This document shows, one piece after another, positions 29,949 to 41,094 of a DNA stretch of 64,000 nt; within the stretch, counting starts at the first letter, position 1; each line of letters starts with the position of its first letter. The notes under the pieces were generated by a model. The model made no database searches, had not been told where the DNA came from, and saw only the letters and a program-made list of their open reading frames with translations. Position numbers and translations under genes: made by a program. Source of the stretch: an uncultured candidate division Zixibacteria bacterium (GTDB lineage: Bacteria; Zixibacteria; MSB-5A5; UBA10806; 4484-95); contig CAXXKA010000010.1 of NCBI GenBank assembly GCA_963668625.2, forward strand, positions 320,001 through 384,000, in the 5' to 3' direction.

Positions 29949-32900
29949 TTGCGAGGAGCAAGTTTGAAATTTTGGGCGATAGTCACGCTCGGTTTAGCGA
30001 TGAGTTTATCGGCGTATGCCGCTGAACAAATCGACCTGAGCGGTTATCGAACACAGGTTCAGCTTCTGGACCAAAACCAGAGTGAAATGATAATGGAGGT
30101 GGAACTATCATCCCTTAACATAGTACCGGTTTCCACGCGGGCAGGTGAATTCGTTTTACTTACTGCAGATAAATACGGGTACTCGAATAAAATAGGGGAA
30201 CCGAATTTGCCGGTAGCGAGGAAAATAATTTCGGTGCCGTTCGGCTGCGAGCTCGATGTCTCGATCATCGGTTCCGATTTTCAAGAGATAGCATTAGCCG
30301 ATTACGGTATCTCCAACCCGATTATGCCGGTTCAGCCGCCGCTTTCCAAAAGCGATGATCCTGAGGATGTCGAGTTCGTTTACGATCGCGAGCTGTACGA
30401 AAAAAGCGGTTACTACGCGTTGCCTACGGCCGAGGGCTCGGTAATGGGTGTTATGCGTTCGGTGAATCTGGGGATGATCGAGATATCGCCGGTAGAGTAT
30501 GACCCTGTTAGTAACAAGATTAAAGTTTATTCCAATCTGAAAATTAAAGTCTCCTACAGTAATCCCGATTGGTTGACCACACGAGAAATGCAGGTTGAAA
30601 AGTACAGTCCCTCATACGAAGTTGTTTACAATCGTATATTCAACTATCAACAACCATCCTCTGCGATTCTGGATACTATCAGCTCCTACCCGATCAAGTA
30701 TCTCATAGTCTCGGACAGGATGTTCGAATCACAGCTTCAGGATTTTATCGATTGGAAGACGATGATGGGATATACGGTCATTGTCGGCTACACGGATGTC
30801 ATCGGTTCTACGACCAGCTCTATCAAAAGCTGGATACAGAACCAGTATAACAGCCCCGGCGATGGCCTGGAGCCGTCATTCGTGCTGCTAGTCGGAGATA
30901 CACCGGAGATACCTTCCTGGGATGGGGATGCCGGCTCGCATGTCACCGATATGAAATATGTCGATTTCACCGATGATGATTTTCCGGAGATTTTCATAGG
31001 CCGATTCTCGGCGCAGTCAACCGGTGAACTTCAGCCGCAAATAGATAAAACACTGGAATACGAGCAGTATCTCATGCCCGATCCAAGCTACCTTGCCGAG
31101 GTCACGCTTATTGTCGGTGTGGATGGCACCTACGCGCAGACTCATGGCAACGGTCAGATCAACTACGGTACGACTTATTATTTCAACGCCGCGCATGGCA
31201 TAATCGATCATACCTGGCTCTATCCCGCCTCGAATGAATCGGGAGCCTCGGCGGCTATCATCCAGACAGTCGATGACGGTGTTGGGTTTATAAACTACAC
31301 CGCGCATTGCGGCCATAGTGGTTTCAGCGATCCCTCGTTTACGGTCAGTGATATTAACGGCCTTACCAACGAGCACAAATATCTGCTAGGTATCGGCAAT
31401 TGCTGTCAATCCAATACTTTCGATGAGTCGACACCCTGTTTCGGCGAGGCCTGGCTTCAAGCGGAGGATAAAGGCGGCGTGGGTTATATCGGCGGTTCGA
31501 ATTCCACTACCTGGGATGAGGATTACTGGTGGGGAGTCGGCGCGGATGCTACGATCGATGCTAATCCGACCTATGAAGAAACCGGCTTAGGCGCCTATGA
31601 CGGTATATTTCACGATCATGGCGAGGCCGTATCCGATTATCATATTTACAATTCAGCCGTTATTTATTGCGCCAATATGGCGGTGGATGAAGGTGGCGGA
31701 CATAGCCAGTACTACTGGGAGATTTATCACCTGATGGGTGATCCCTCGTTGATCAATTATATGGGCGTACCCTCCGCCAACTCGGTATCCCACTCCTCGA
31801 CGGTTATACTGACTGCCTCATCGTTGCAGGTGAGCGCCGATCCCGGCTCGTATGTCGGTATCTCGATGAACGGCGATCTTCACGGAGCGGCTTATGTAGG
31901 TGCCTCCGGCACGGTAAACGTACCGCTAAGCTCGTTCAGCGGACCGGGTACCGCCGATATCGTGGTGACCGGACAAAACCGTCAGCCATATATATCGACT
32001 ATACAAGTAATCACTCCCAGCGGTCCTTATGTCATTTTAGATAGCTACGATATCAATGATGTTGCCGGAAACAATAACGGCGAGGTTGATGCTGGCGAGA
32101 GTATCGTGCTTGGCGTGCAGGTAATAAATGTTGGCCCGGATGATGCTAACAATGTCTCGGCGAGTTTATCCTCCAGCAGCAGCTACGTGACGATTTCCGA
32201 TAATTCCGAATACTACGGAACTGTCGACGGTGATAACGGCATCTCTTATAGCTCTAACGCTTTCGCGTTTACGGTCAGCGGGGATGCTCCCGATGGTTAC
32301 AACATTCCGTTCGAGCTGGAGATAACCGGTACCACAATAGATCTCTGGGCAAGCAATTTCACTATTCCAGTACATGCGCCCGATCTGGGTCTGGTTTCAG
32401 TCAGCGTAAATGATGCCTCGGGTAACAACAATGGAGTGCTTGATCCCGGCGAAACAGCCTCGATTATCGTAACGATATCGAACGCCGGTTCGGGAAGCTC
32501 GTACAATGTCAGCGGCGTGCTATCCGAAAACGACGGCTACGTGTCAGTCGGTGATGCCAATGGTTATTTCGGTACGATTAACTCTAACGGCGGAACCGCC
32601 GATAATTCCGGCGATACCTACTCCGTTACGGCCAGCTCCGGTACGCCTCAGGGTTATGAGGTAACTTTCGATCTAGATTTAAACGATGATTTAGGCGCGA
32701 GCGCCACGGTTAATTTCGATCTGGTAATAGGTGACAGGTCAGTCGTATTTTTCGATGATTTCTCCTATGACCAGGGTTGGTCAGGTTTGGGCGGAATAGG
32801 TGAATGGACAATCGGCGCCGCTACCGGTGGCTCGGGTGCGGATAGCTACGGTGGTCCCGATCCCTCGGCGGACCATACCAATACTACCGATAACGGTGTG

Positions 32901-35654
32901 CTGGGTAATGATATCAGCTCAAGCGATGGCGATTATAATATCGACATGGAACAAACCTACTGGGTTTACTCGCCGATTATCGACTGCATGGAGTACACCA
33001 GTGTCATAATGTCTTACTATCACTGGCTGGGAATCGAGTCTAACACTTATGATAACGTTTATTTCGAGGTTTATGATGGTTCAAGCTGGGTGAACCTGTT
33101 TGCCAATACCTCTTCTATAGATGAGGGCGCCTGGATTGAGTCCGATTACGATCTTACGGCCTATGCGGATGAAAATCCCGATTTCCAGATCAGGTTCGGC
33201 ATCGGTGAAACAGACGGCTCATGGAATTACTGCGGATGGAATATAGACGATATCGAGATCAAAGGTTATTTCATGGGCAGCTCCGAGCCGCCTGATTTAG
33301 CCTACGATCCCGAGAGTTTCACCGATAGCCTGGATCAGGATGATACCTCCGTGCAGCAGTTAACTGTCAACAACAACGGCACGGGAAATCTCAGGTTCAG
33401 ACTCAGCTCAAGCGACAGCTGGCTCGAATTCGATAACACGCTTCACAACATAGCTCCGGGATCGTTCTATAATTACGATATTACGATAAATTCTACGGGC
33501 ATGGAATCGGGAGACCACACCGGCTCGTTAGCGTTCACCTCGAATGACCCCGACACTCCGTCGGGGACGATACCGGTCGATTTGCATATATATTATCCCG
33601 ATATATTTGTCACGCAAAGCTCGGTACACGAAATTTTGGAATCGGGCGAACAGTCGATTGTGCCGCTGATCGTAGAAAACAACGGTGACGGCACATTAGA
33701 TTATACAGTCGATCACGCGGTGTTCGAAAATACCGCCGCCTCATTAAGCTTGAGCGCACAAAAAACGGTAAAAGGCTCGCAAATCATAACGAGCCCGGTT
33801 GTCGAACCTATCGGATATCATTCTTCGACCATCAAGTCAAAAGAGCGTGAGCCTATTTTCCCGCCGATGACTTCCGGTTACGGTGGCCCGGATGCTTTCG
33901 GGTACTCCTGGAAAGACTCCGATGAAACGGGGGGCCCGGTATATTCCTGGGTGGATATCACCTCGGTCGGAACGGAGATCACCGGTATTGATGATGACGC
34001 TAATGTCGGCCCATACGATTTAGGCTTTGATTTCGATTTTTATGGCGAGACCTACGATTCGTTCCGGTTCTGTACCAACGGTTTTATATCGTTTACCTCG
34101 ACCGATGACGAGTACAGTAACGTCGGCTTACCCACCGGAGGAGCGGAACCGATGAATATCATCGCGCCGTTCTGGGATGATATGAATTTCGAAGATGGTG
34201 GAACGCCTTATTACTACACTAACAATATCGACAGCCTGGTCGTATCCTGGGAAAACGTCGCCCATTTCGATACCGGCGGTACATACACCTACCAGGTAAT
34301 ACTTCAGTCGAACGGTAAAATCACTTTCCAGTACCAGACATTGAATTGGCCATTGAACTCGACAACTATCGGCATACAAAACAGCAACGCCACGATAGGT
34401 TTGCAGGTAGCTTACAATCAGGATTACATCCACAGCAATATGGCGATACTAATCAACGCCGGCACGGAATGGCTGGATGTTAATCCGACCTCCGGCTCTG
34501 TCGCGGGGCACAATAGCTGTACGATAGAGCTTCTATTCGATGCCGCCGATTTGCCCGAGGGAGACTACGATGGGCAGGTCACGATAAGCTCCAACGATCC
34601 CGACAGCCCGGTTATAGATATTCCGGTTACGCTCAGTATCGGTCTTGACGGTCCCGTGATCCAGTTGACTCCGGTTGCTATCAATGATACCGTGATTGTC
34701 GGCCATACGGCCGATACCGATTTGATTATCAGTAATACCGGTACGCTCGATCTCGAATTCACTATAGCCGATAACGCCGCCTGGATAAGCGAGTCGATCG
34801 ATAGCGGAACGATAGCGCCGGAAGGATCGACCACCTCGGTGGTTACTCTTAATGCCACCACATTGCCGGAAGGCAGCTATTCCGGGCAGATAACTGTCAA
34901 CTCCAACGCCGTGAACGAGTCCTCGGCGATAATTCCCGTATCTATGCTGATACTTCCGCCGCCACCCGTACCTAGTATGACACTTAACCTGACCGAAATA
35001 TCCGAGACGGTTGTTGAGGGAGAGAACGTTATAGTCGAGCTTATAATCGGTAACGATGGCACGGGTGAGCTTACCTATAGTCTGGCCGACGACGCGGCTT
35101 GGATGACCGAGTCGCCTGTAAGCGGCAGTGTCGATGAGTTCGAGGCGGATACAGTAGCGGTTACGCTTGATGGTGGCAGCCTGACTGAAGGTGAGTATAC
35201 GGCTACGTTGACGATAACCTCCAATGATACCGAGCAGGATACTACGCAAATACCAATCACATTAGATATCGTTCCGGGGGGGCCGATGTGCGAATATATG
35301 CCCGGTGATCTCAATAGTGATGGTACGACTATCGGTAGCGATATTACTTTCGCTGTTTCGTATTTCCGTGGCAATATAGTGCCTGCTGATTCATGTTATC
35401 GCGAGTCAAACGCACGCTGGCTGTATGTTGCAGGTGATGTTAACGGTGATTGTCAGTTTATCGGTTCGGATGTTACCTACTACGTAAATTATTTCCGCGG
35501 TATCAGCCAGGGACTTCAATATTGCCCGGAGCTACCGCCATACGAACCGCCGCTCGTCACAGTTCCTTCCACGATAACTAATGAGAGCGATAATAATGAG
35601 GTGGTCCCGGCAATAATACCCGAACAAAAAGTAAAAACAGATAAACTAAAGTAA
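29949..35654 (+). CDS. Gingipain-like C25 cysteine peptidase with propeptide, Ig-like repeats and C-terminal dockerin-like domain
   Basis: GEPNLPV propeptide, LLVGDTP, IGRFSA, NYTAH, GNCC, WDEDYWW, YHLMGDP; C-terminal PGDLNSDG...AGDVNGDC duplicated motif. Confidence 0.9.
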   Translation: MRGASLKFWAIVTLGLAMSLSAYAAEQIDLSGYRTQVQLLDQNQSEMIMEVELSSLNIVPVSTRAGEFVLLTADKYGYSNKIGEPNLPVARKIISVPFGCELDVSIIGSDFQEIALADYGISNPIMPVQPPLSKSDDPEDVEFVYDRELYEKSGYYALPTAEGSVMGVMRSVNLGMIEISPVEYDPVSNKIKVYSNLKIKVSYSNPDWLTTREMQVEKYSPSYEVVYNRIFNYQQPSSAILDTISSYPIKYLIVSDRMFESQLQDFIDWKTMMGYTVIVGYTDVIGSTTSSIKSWIQNQYNSPGDGLEPSFVLLVGDTPEIPSWDGDAGSHVTDMKYVDFTDDDFPEIFIGRFSAQSTGELQPQIDKTLEYEQYLMPDPSYLAEVTLIVGVDGTYAQTHGNGQINYGTTYYFNAAHGIIDHTWLYPASNESGASAAIIQTVDDGVGFINYTAHCGHSGFSDPSFTVSDINGLTNEHKYLLGIGNCCQSNTFDESTPCFGEAWLQAEDKGGVGYIGGSNSTTWDEDYWWGVGADATIDANPTYEETGLGAYDGIFHDHGEAVSDYHIYNSAVIYCANMAVDEGGGHSQYYWEIYHLMGDPSLINYMGVPSANSVSHSSTVILTASSLQVSADPGSYVGISMNGDLHGAAYVGASGTVNVPLSSFSGPGTADIVVTGQNRQPYISTIQVITPSGPYVILDSYDINDVAGNNNGEVDAGESIVLGVQVINVGPDDANNVSASLSSSSSYVTISDNSEYYGTVDGDNGISYSSNAFAFTVSGDAPDGYNIPFELEITGTTIDLWASNFTIPVHAPDLGLVSVSVNDASGNNNGVLDPGETASIIVTISNAGSGSSYNVSGVLSENDGYVSVGDANGYFGTINSNGGTADNSGDTYSVTASSGTPQGYEVTFDLDLNDDLGASATVNFDLVIGDRSVVFFDDFSYDQGWSGLGGIGEWTIGAATGGSGADSYGGPDPSADHTNTTDNGVLGNDISSSDGDYNIDMEQTYWVYSPIIDCMEYTSVIMSYYHWLGIESNTYDNVYFEVYDGSSWVNLFANTSSIDEGAWIESDYDLTAYADENPDFQIRFGIGETDGSWNYCGWNIDDIEIKGYFMGSSEPPDLAYDPESFTDSLDQDDTSVQQLTVNNNGTGNLRFRLSSSDSWLEFDNTLHNIAPGSFYNYDITINSTGMESGDHTGSLAFTSNDPDTPSGTIPVDLHIYYPDIFVTQSSVHEILESGEQSIVPLIVENNGDGTLDYTVDHAVFENTAASLSLSAQKTVKGSQIITSPVVEPIGYHSSTIKSKEREPIFPPMTSGYGGPDAFGYSWKDSDETGGPVYSWVDITSVGTEITGIDDDANVGPYDLGFDFDFYGETYDSFRFCTNGFISFTSTDDEYSNVGLPTGGAEPMNIIAPFWDDMNFEDGGTPYYYTNNIDSLVVSWENVAHFDTGGTYTYQVILQSNGKITFQYQTLNWPLNSTTIGIQNSNATIGLQVAYNQDYIHSNMAILINAGTEWLDVNPTSGSVAGHNSCTIELLFDAADLPEGDYDGQVTISSNDPDSPVIDIPVTLSIGLDGPVIQLTPVAINDTVIVGHTADTDLIISNTGTLDLEFTIADNAAWISESIDSGTIAPEGSTTSVVTLNATTLPEGSYSGQITVNSNAVNESSAIIPVSMLILPPPPVPSMTLNLTEISETVVEGENVIVELIIGNDGTGELTYSLADDAAWMTESPVSGSVDEFEADTVAVTLDGGSLTEGEYTATLTITSNDTEQDTTQIPITLDIVPGGPMCEYMPGDLNSDGTTIGSDITFAVSYFRGNIVPADSCYRESNARWLYVAGDVNGDCQFIGSDVTYYVNYFRGISQGLQYCPELPPYEPPLVTVPSTITNESDNNEVVPAIIPEQKVKTDKLK

Positions 35655-35674
35655 GGGATTATCATATACGATTG

Positions 35675-35702
35675 AAAGGCGGTGTAACAGCCGCCTTTTT
35701 TA
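35675..35702 (+). terminator. Intrinsic terminator after the C25 gene
   Basis: AAAGGCGG-tgtaacag-CCGCCTTT followed by a T run. Confidence 0.8.
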
Positions 35703-36067
35703 TTGATCCTATAAACCACCGGTTAATCCGGTGTGTGCGTTTAAAGCGAGGCTTTTGTAAAAGGAATATTTATTTGCAGCGACGGCTGAGGTTCTCGATA
35801 TCTGTGCTTTCGCATATCTGTCATCTCTGCGGAGGGGGTTGTTGAAAAAGTCTATTTCACGCGTCGCTTGGCGGACGAAGTCCTTTGTTCATTCCTTCCC
35901 GGCGACATTCTGCATCAATACAGCGGGAAGGAAAGGATTCCTTCCTGCTCAGTGAAAATGTTTACCAGTGATTCGCATAAATGACTTTTTCCTTTTCGCT
36001 ACCGAACTCCGTAGCGTAAGCCATGCCTAACGGCTATTGATCACCTTTGCAGATATGCTATTTCCGA

Positions 36068-39000
36068 TTAGCCGTGCTTACCGTGACACTGCTTGTATTT
36101 CTTGCCGCTGCCACAGGGACAGGGATCGTTACGGCCGACTTTCTTTTCCACCCGTACCGGCTTTTGTTTCATGCCCGGTTCGATCCTATCCTGCATCGGG
36201 CCGGTATAACCAACTCCCGATGATTCGCCTTGCGAAGCCGCTGCGGCTTGTCTGGCCAGGGCGGCTGTTGCCACACCCATACCAACGGTATTGTCTTTAT
36301 GAATTTGCACCGGTGTCTGAGAGCGGGGTTGCGCTTGAGCGGTTGCCGGTTTCAAGCGATATATATTGGCTACCGCCAGTTCATCTATACGTCCGAGCAT
36401 CTCCTCGAACATCCTGTAACCCTCTTTTTTGAATTCGATTAGCGGGTCACGCTGGCCATAAGCTCTTAAGCCGATTCCCTGTTTCAGCTGATCCATCTCG
36501 TATAGATGTTCTTTCCATTCGTGATCGATTATCGAAAGGAAAGCGAAACGCTCTAACTGACGCATCATCTCCTCGCCCAAAAGCTCCTCTTTTTGTCGAT
36601 AAATCTCGAAAGCTGCTTTGGCAAGCCTGTCGACTACGGTGTGCTGGTTGAGTTTCAGCACATCCTCCTCCGGCCAGTTGAAATCGAGCAGGAATATTTT
36701 GCGGGTTTGTTCGCGAAGACCGTCAAGCGCCCAGTTTTCGGGGTATTCTTTTTCGGGACAGAATTCCCAGACTTTGCTTTCTATGATCTCGGGGATAAGT
36801 TCCTGTACCTCTTCTTTGAGGTTCTTGCCTTTGAGGCTGGCTTGACGTTTGGTATAAACGACCTCGCGCTGGTTGTTCATGACATCGTCATAGTCCAACA
36901 GATGTTTTCTTATGGAGAAATTCTGTGCCTCGACTCTTTGCTGGGCTTTGCTGATCGCCTTGGTAACCATACCGTGCTCGATCATCTCGCCCTCTTTCAA
37001 GCCCAGCCTGTCCATTACCGAGGCGATTCGCTCGGAACCGAACAGACGCATCAGGTCATCCTCGAGCGAAAGGAAGAAACGCGAGCTGCCCGGATCACCC
37101 TGACGACCTGCACGACCGCGCAACTGGCGATCGATACGCCGCGATTCGTGTCGTTCTGTTCCGACAATATGCAAACCGCAAGGGACGTCATCATCACATT
37201 TGAGCTCATCGTAGAACGGGCACTTTTCGTTTTCATTCATGGGCGAAACCAGCATACAGTGAGGCGATTTCACCACGTTCTCGCCGAGCTTGATATCCGT
37301 ACCTCGGCCCGCCATGTTGGTTGCTATAGTCACCGCTCCCGGCCGACCGGCTTTGGAGACTATCTCAGCCTCAGACTGGTGGTATTTCGCGTTTAAAACC
37401 GAGTGGCCGATTTTCTGCAATTTTAGAAGTTTGGATAGCACCTCAGAAACATCCACGGAGGCAGTACCTACCAGCACCGGGATGTTCTTATTATGTAGCC
37501 TGACTATCTCCTCGACAATGGCCGAATATTTTTCTTTTCGAGTGCGGAATATGACATCATCATAGTCCGACCGTCTCACCGGACGATTGGTGGGGATGAC
37601 TACCACATCCAGCTTATATATCTCCCAGAACTCGCTCGCTTCAGTCTCGGCGGTACCGGTCATACCGGCAAGCTTATCGTACATACGGAAGAAGTTTTGC
37701 AAGGTGATCGTTGCCAGCGTCTGGGTTTCGCCCTCGACACGCACGCCCTCTTTGGCCTCAATAGCCTGATGCAGACCCTCGGAATAACGCCTGCCGGACA
37801 TCAAGCGACCGGTAAACTCATCAACGATCATAACCTTGTTGTCTTGCACCACGTACTCGACATCTTTTTCGTAAAGCTGGTAAGCTCGGAGTAACTGGTT
37901 TAAGGCGTGGTTCTTTTCGGAAAGCTCCGCGTGGCGGTGGTACAGTTCCTCCTTGGCGCGGTGACGGTCATCATCATTGTAATTCTCATCGTTATCTATA
38001 GCGACCAGGCCTTCCGCGATATCGGGAATCTCGAATAATCTCTGATCATCGGGGGAGAGTAAATTTTGTCCCGGCTCCTCCAGGCTGATATTATGTTCGC
38101 GCTCATCGATGGAGAAATAGAGACTGTCGTTAATCTCACCCATGCGCTTATCGCGCATGTAGTCCGATTCTACTTTTTGTACCAGTTGTTTTATACCCTG
38201 TTCTTTGTATAATTTCATCAGGCGCTTATTCTTGGGAGAACCCCGGTGGACGATTAAGAATTTTATTCCGGCTTCATACTCCTCGCCGTCTTTAAAAAGT
38301 TTTTCGCCTTCATTCAATAGACTCGTGCAGAGCTGGTTTTGACGTCTTACCATATTTTGCACCAGCGGTTTCATCTCTATGAAACGCTCGTTCATTCTCG
38401 ATTCTACTGGCCCGGATATGATAAGCGGAGTACGAGCCTCATCGACAAGCACCGAGTCTACCTCATCCACGATTGCAAAGAAATGACGGCGTTGTACCAT
38501 GTCCTCCGTCCTAACCGACATGTTATCGCGAAGGTAGTCGAAGCCGAATTCGTTGTTGGTACCATAGGTTATGTCGCATGCGTATTGCTGACGTCTCTCG
38601 GCGGGATCCATATCAGCCTGTATGCAGCCGACAGACAGGCCGAGAAACTCCAACACTTTACCCATCCACAAGGAATCTCGTCGAGCGAGGTAGTCGTTGA
38701 CCGTAATCAGATGCGCGCCCAGTCCAACCAGCGCGTTCAAATAAAGTGGTAATGTAGCGACCAGCGTTTTTCCCTCACCGGTAGCCATCTCGGCGATTTT
38801 GCCCTCGTGTAGCACTATTCCGCCGATTAGCTGGCAATCGTAGGGAATCATCTCCCATTTTATTTCTATCCCGCTGATATCCCAGCTTTTACCGACGTGC
38901 CGTTTACATGATTGCTTGACCATGGCAAACGCCTCAGGCAGTATCTCCTCGAATTTTTCGCCCAGTATATCATTATAAGCTTTTTTGCGTCTCTCGTAGT

Positions 39001-39214
39001 CGTAGTCCGGATTGTCCTCGAGATGCTGGACGTATTGTTCACCTAATGGCTTAAGCTCTACTTTGAATTCCTCGGTACGGGTTACGAACCAGTCATCCGG
39101 TTTATCGTGTAAAGTTTCGTATATTTCGTTTATCTCATCAATTAACGGCTCGACTTTCTTGATATCTCTATCGTGTTTCGAGCCGAATATTTTCGTTAAG
39201 AAATTAAATCCCAT
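36068..39214 (-). CDS. secA: Preprotein translocase ATPase SecA
   Basis: EMATGEGKT, VDEVDS, ATNMAGRGTDI, QLRGRAGRQGDPG, C-terminal RNDPCPCGSGKKYKQCH. Confidence 0.98.
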   Translation of the reverse strand: MGFNFLTKIFGSKHDRDIKKVEPLIDEINEIYETLHDKPDDWFVTRTEEFKVELKPLGEQYVQHLEDNPDYDYERRKKAYNDILGEKFEEILPEAFAMVKQSCKRHVGKSWDISGIEIKWEMIPYDCQLIGGIVLHEGKIAEMATGEGKTLVATLPLYLNALVGLGAHLITVNDYLARRDSLWMGKVLEFLGLSVGCIQADMDPAERRQQYACDITYGTNNEFGFDYLRDNMSVRTEDMVQRRHFFAIVDEVDSVLVDEARTPLIISGPVESRMNERFIEMKPLVQNMVRRQNQLCTSLLNEGEKLFKDGEEYEAGIKFLIVHRGSPKNKRLMKLYKEQGIKQLVQKVESDYMRDKRMGEINDSLYFSIDEREHNISLEEPGQNLLSPDDQRLFEIPDIAEGLVAIDNDENYNDDDRHRAKEELYHRHAELSEKNHALNQLLRAYQLYEKDVEYVVQDNKVMIVDEFTGRLMSGRRYSEGLHQAIEAKEGVRVEGETQTLATITLQNFFRMYDKLAGMTGTAETEASEFWEIYKLDVVVIPTNRPVRRSDYDDVIFRTRKEKYSAIVEEIVRLHNKNIPVLVGTASVDVSEVLSKLLKLQKIGHSVLNAKYHQSEAEIVSKAGRPGAVTIATNMAGRGTDIKLGENVVKSPHCMLVSPMNENEKCPFYDELKCDDDVPCGLHIVGTERHESRRIDRQLRGRAGRQGDPGSSRFFLSLEDDLMRLFGSERIASVMDRLGLKEGEMIEHGMVTKAISKAQQRVEAQNFSIRKHLLDYDDVMNNQREVVYTKRQASLKGKNLKEEVQELIPEIIESKVWEFCPEKEYPENWALDGLREQTRKIFLLDFNWPEEDVLKLNQHTVVDRLAKAAFEIYRQKEELLGEEMMRQLERFAFLSIIDHEWKEHLYEMDQLKQGIGLRAYGQRDPLIEFKKEGYRMFEEMLGRIDELAVANIYRLKPATAQAQPRSQTPVQIHKDNTVGMGVATAALARQAAAASQGESSGVGYTGPMQDRIEPGMKQKPVRVEKKVGRNDPCPCGSGKKYKQCHGKHG

Positions 39215-39579
39215 ATTATTACCCTCGTAGTTTTTTTAAGTATACTTTTATCTCTATAGCCGGGCAAGGGAAAAGTTCCATATCGGCTTAGTTAACAGAT
39301 TTAAAACACAAGACTACCAGTGTACGATATTAACAATCTCTTTGCCAAACGTCGCTTCATTATATTCCTCCTGTCGGTAAAATATACTTTCTGCATGCCT
39401 TATTCCGGATGCTTGGTACCCGGGGGCAGGCTGTTTTATTGACAAATTAATAATATGAGACAACAAATTTTGTTATGATGAAGTTTACTATTGTGTTATA
39501 TCTGTCGATTGCCTTAATAATACAATTTCGACCATTGTGTTGGGGGAAATAGCTCTCTAGATAAATCGGAGGAATACAG

Positions 39580-39762
39580 TTGGCTCACTTTATCGATGAA
39601 GAATGTATCATGTGTGATGTTTGCGTTGATGTATGCCCTAAGAAAGCGATAAAACCCGGCGATCCGCTTTACCGGATCGATCCAAAACTATGTGATGATT
39701 GTGGAGAATGCACTAGGGTTTGCCCGGTTGGCGCTTGCCGGCCCGAAGATAATATTGATTAA
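39580..39762 (+). CDS. 2[4Fe-4S] ferredoxin
   Basis: Two CxxCxxCxxxCP motifs; GGAGG RBS before the TTG. Confidence 0.9.
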   Translation: MAHFIDEECIMCDVCVDVCPKKAIKPGDPLYRIDPKLCDDCGECTRVCPVGACRPEDNID

Positions 39763-39784
39763 ACACGACTATTGATATAGATTA

Positions 39785-40966
39785 ATGGGGATGAAACCCT
39801 ATCGTCAATTTTTAGCCTTAACTTTTATCACCCGTACCGCGTTTTCTTTTTCGTTTGCTACATATGTGATGTTTTTGCTATCCCGGAATGCCTCGCTTTT
39901 CGAGGTTGGTCTTATCAATATATCGTTCATGCTCGCTATAGCGCTGGCCGAAATCCCGACCGGTATATTCGCCGATCTGTTGGGGCGTAAACGGTCGTTT
40001 CAGATTAGCTGCTTTATCATGGCGATTGGGTTTTTCATCTATTATCTCTCACAAAGTTTCTGGATGTTCATCGTCGCCGAGACATTGGCTGGTATCGGCT
40101 TGACTTTTCGCTCCGGGGCTCTCCAAGCCTGGGCTATTGATTCTATAAGGGAGACTGGGGCTGATATCCCGAACGAGCGGCTGTTTTCATCCGAGGGTAT
40201 AGCGAAGAACGCCGCGAATATCACAGGCGGATTGGCCGGAGCTTATATGGGAGACTTAGACCTGGCCTATCCGTTTTTAGCGGGGGCTGTCGTATTAGTA
40301 ATTACACTGGTATTGTCATCGATAGTCATGCGGGAACCTGAATCACATTTCGATCTGACCCGGCAATCGCCGTTTGCCGCTGTTAAATCGATATTCAAAC
40401 GCTCGGTTGACTACGGCTTACGAGAGAAAACAGTATTTATGCTAATGATGACAGCGCTGGTTTCGGCGTTATTCTACCAGCCTTTGAATATGTACTGGCA
40501 ACCTCGTTTCGCGGAGGTAGCTAATGGCAAAATTTGGATTCTGGGATGGATCTGGGTGTTTATCTCAGGATCTTTGATGCTGGGAGGATACCTGATCAAG
40601 TTGATTCCCCGGCGATATAATCGTTACTCGGTGCTTATTGTGACTGTCTTGCTTAACTCGTTGCCGGTGATATTAGCGGCTGTTGTCCGCGATTTCGTTA
40701 TCGTTTTGCTGTTTTTCGGGATGTACGAGATCGCCCGGGGTATGACCGAACCGATCAGGCTGGCGCTTCTAAACGATTCCATTCCCTCCGCCGAAAGAGC
40801 TACCATCCTCTCGTTAGATCAAGTGTTTATGCGAACCGGAGCGGTGCTCGGATTGCTTTTTACCGGCTTGCTGGCGGATAATTATTCAATCTCGATTGCC
40901 TGGATCGTGGCTGCGATTGTTGGTCTTATCAATATACCGATCTTAGTCTCAATTCGCAAAAAGTAA
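39785..40966 (+). CDS. MFS transporter
   Basis: EIPTGIFADLLGRKRS motif A; about 12 TM segments. Confidence 0.88.
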   Translation: MGMKPYRQFLALTFITRTAFSFSFATYVMFLLSRNASLFEVGLINISFMLAIALAEIPTGIFADLLGRKRSFQISCFIMAIGFFIYYLSQSFWMFIVAETLAGIGLTFRSGALQAWAIDSIRETGADIPNERLFSSEGIAKNAANITGGLAGAYMGDLDLAYPFLAGAVVLVITLVLSSIVMREPESHFDLTRQSPFAAVKSIFKRSVDYGLREKTVFMLMMTALVSALFYQPLNMYWQPRFAEVANGKIWILGWIWVFISGSLMLGGYLIKLIPRRYNRYSVLIVTVLLNSLPVILAAVVRDFVIVLLFFGMYEIARGMTEPIRLALLNDSIPSAERATILSLDQVFMRTGAVLGLLFTGLLADNYSISIAWIVAAIVGLINIPILVSIRKK

Positions 40967-41094
40967 ATGGATTGTCTTGTCTGCTAAGAGGGGTGGTTTT
41001 TATGAAATAAGTCTTGTCGCAAGCTGAATAATTGTTATATTAGCTTCTAACTGGGGAGAGGTGAAGTGCTCTATTCACAACAAAGGAGTATTGG

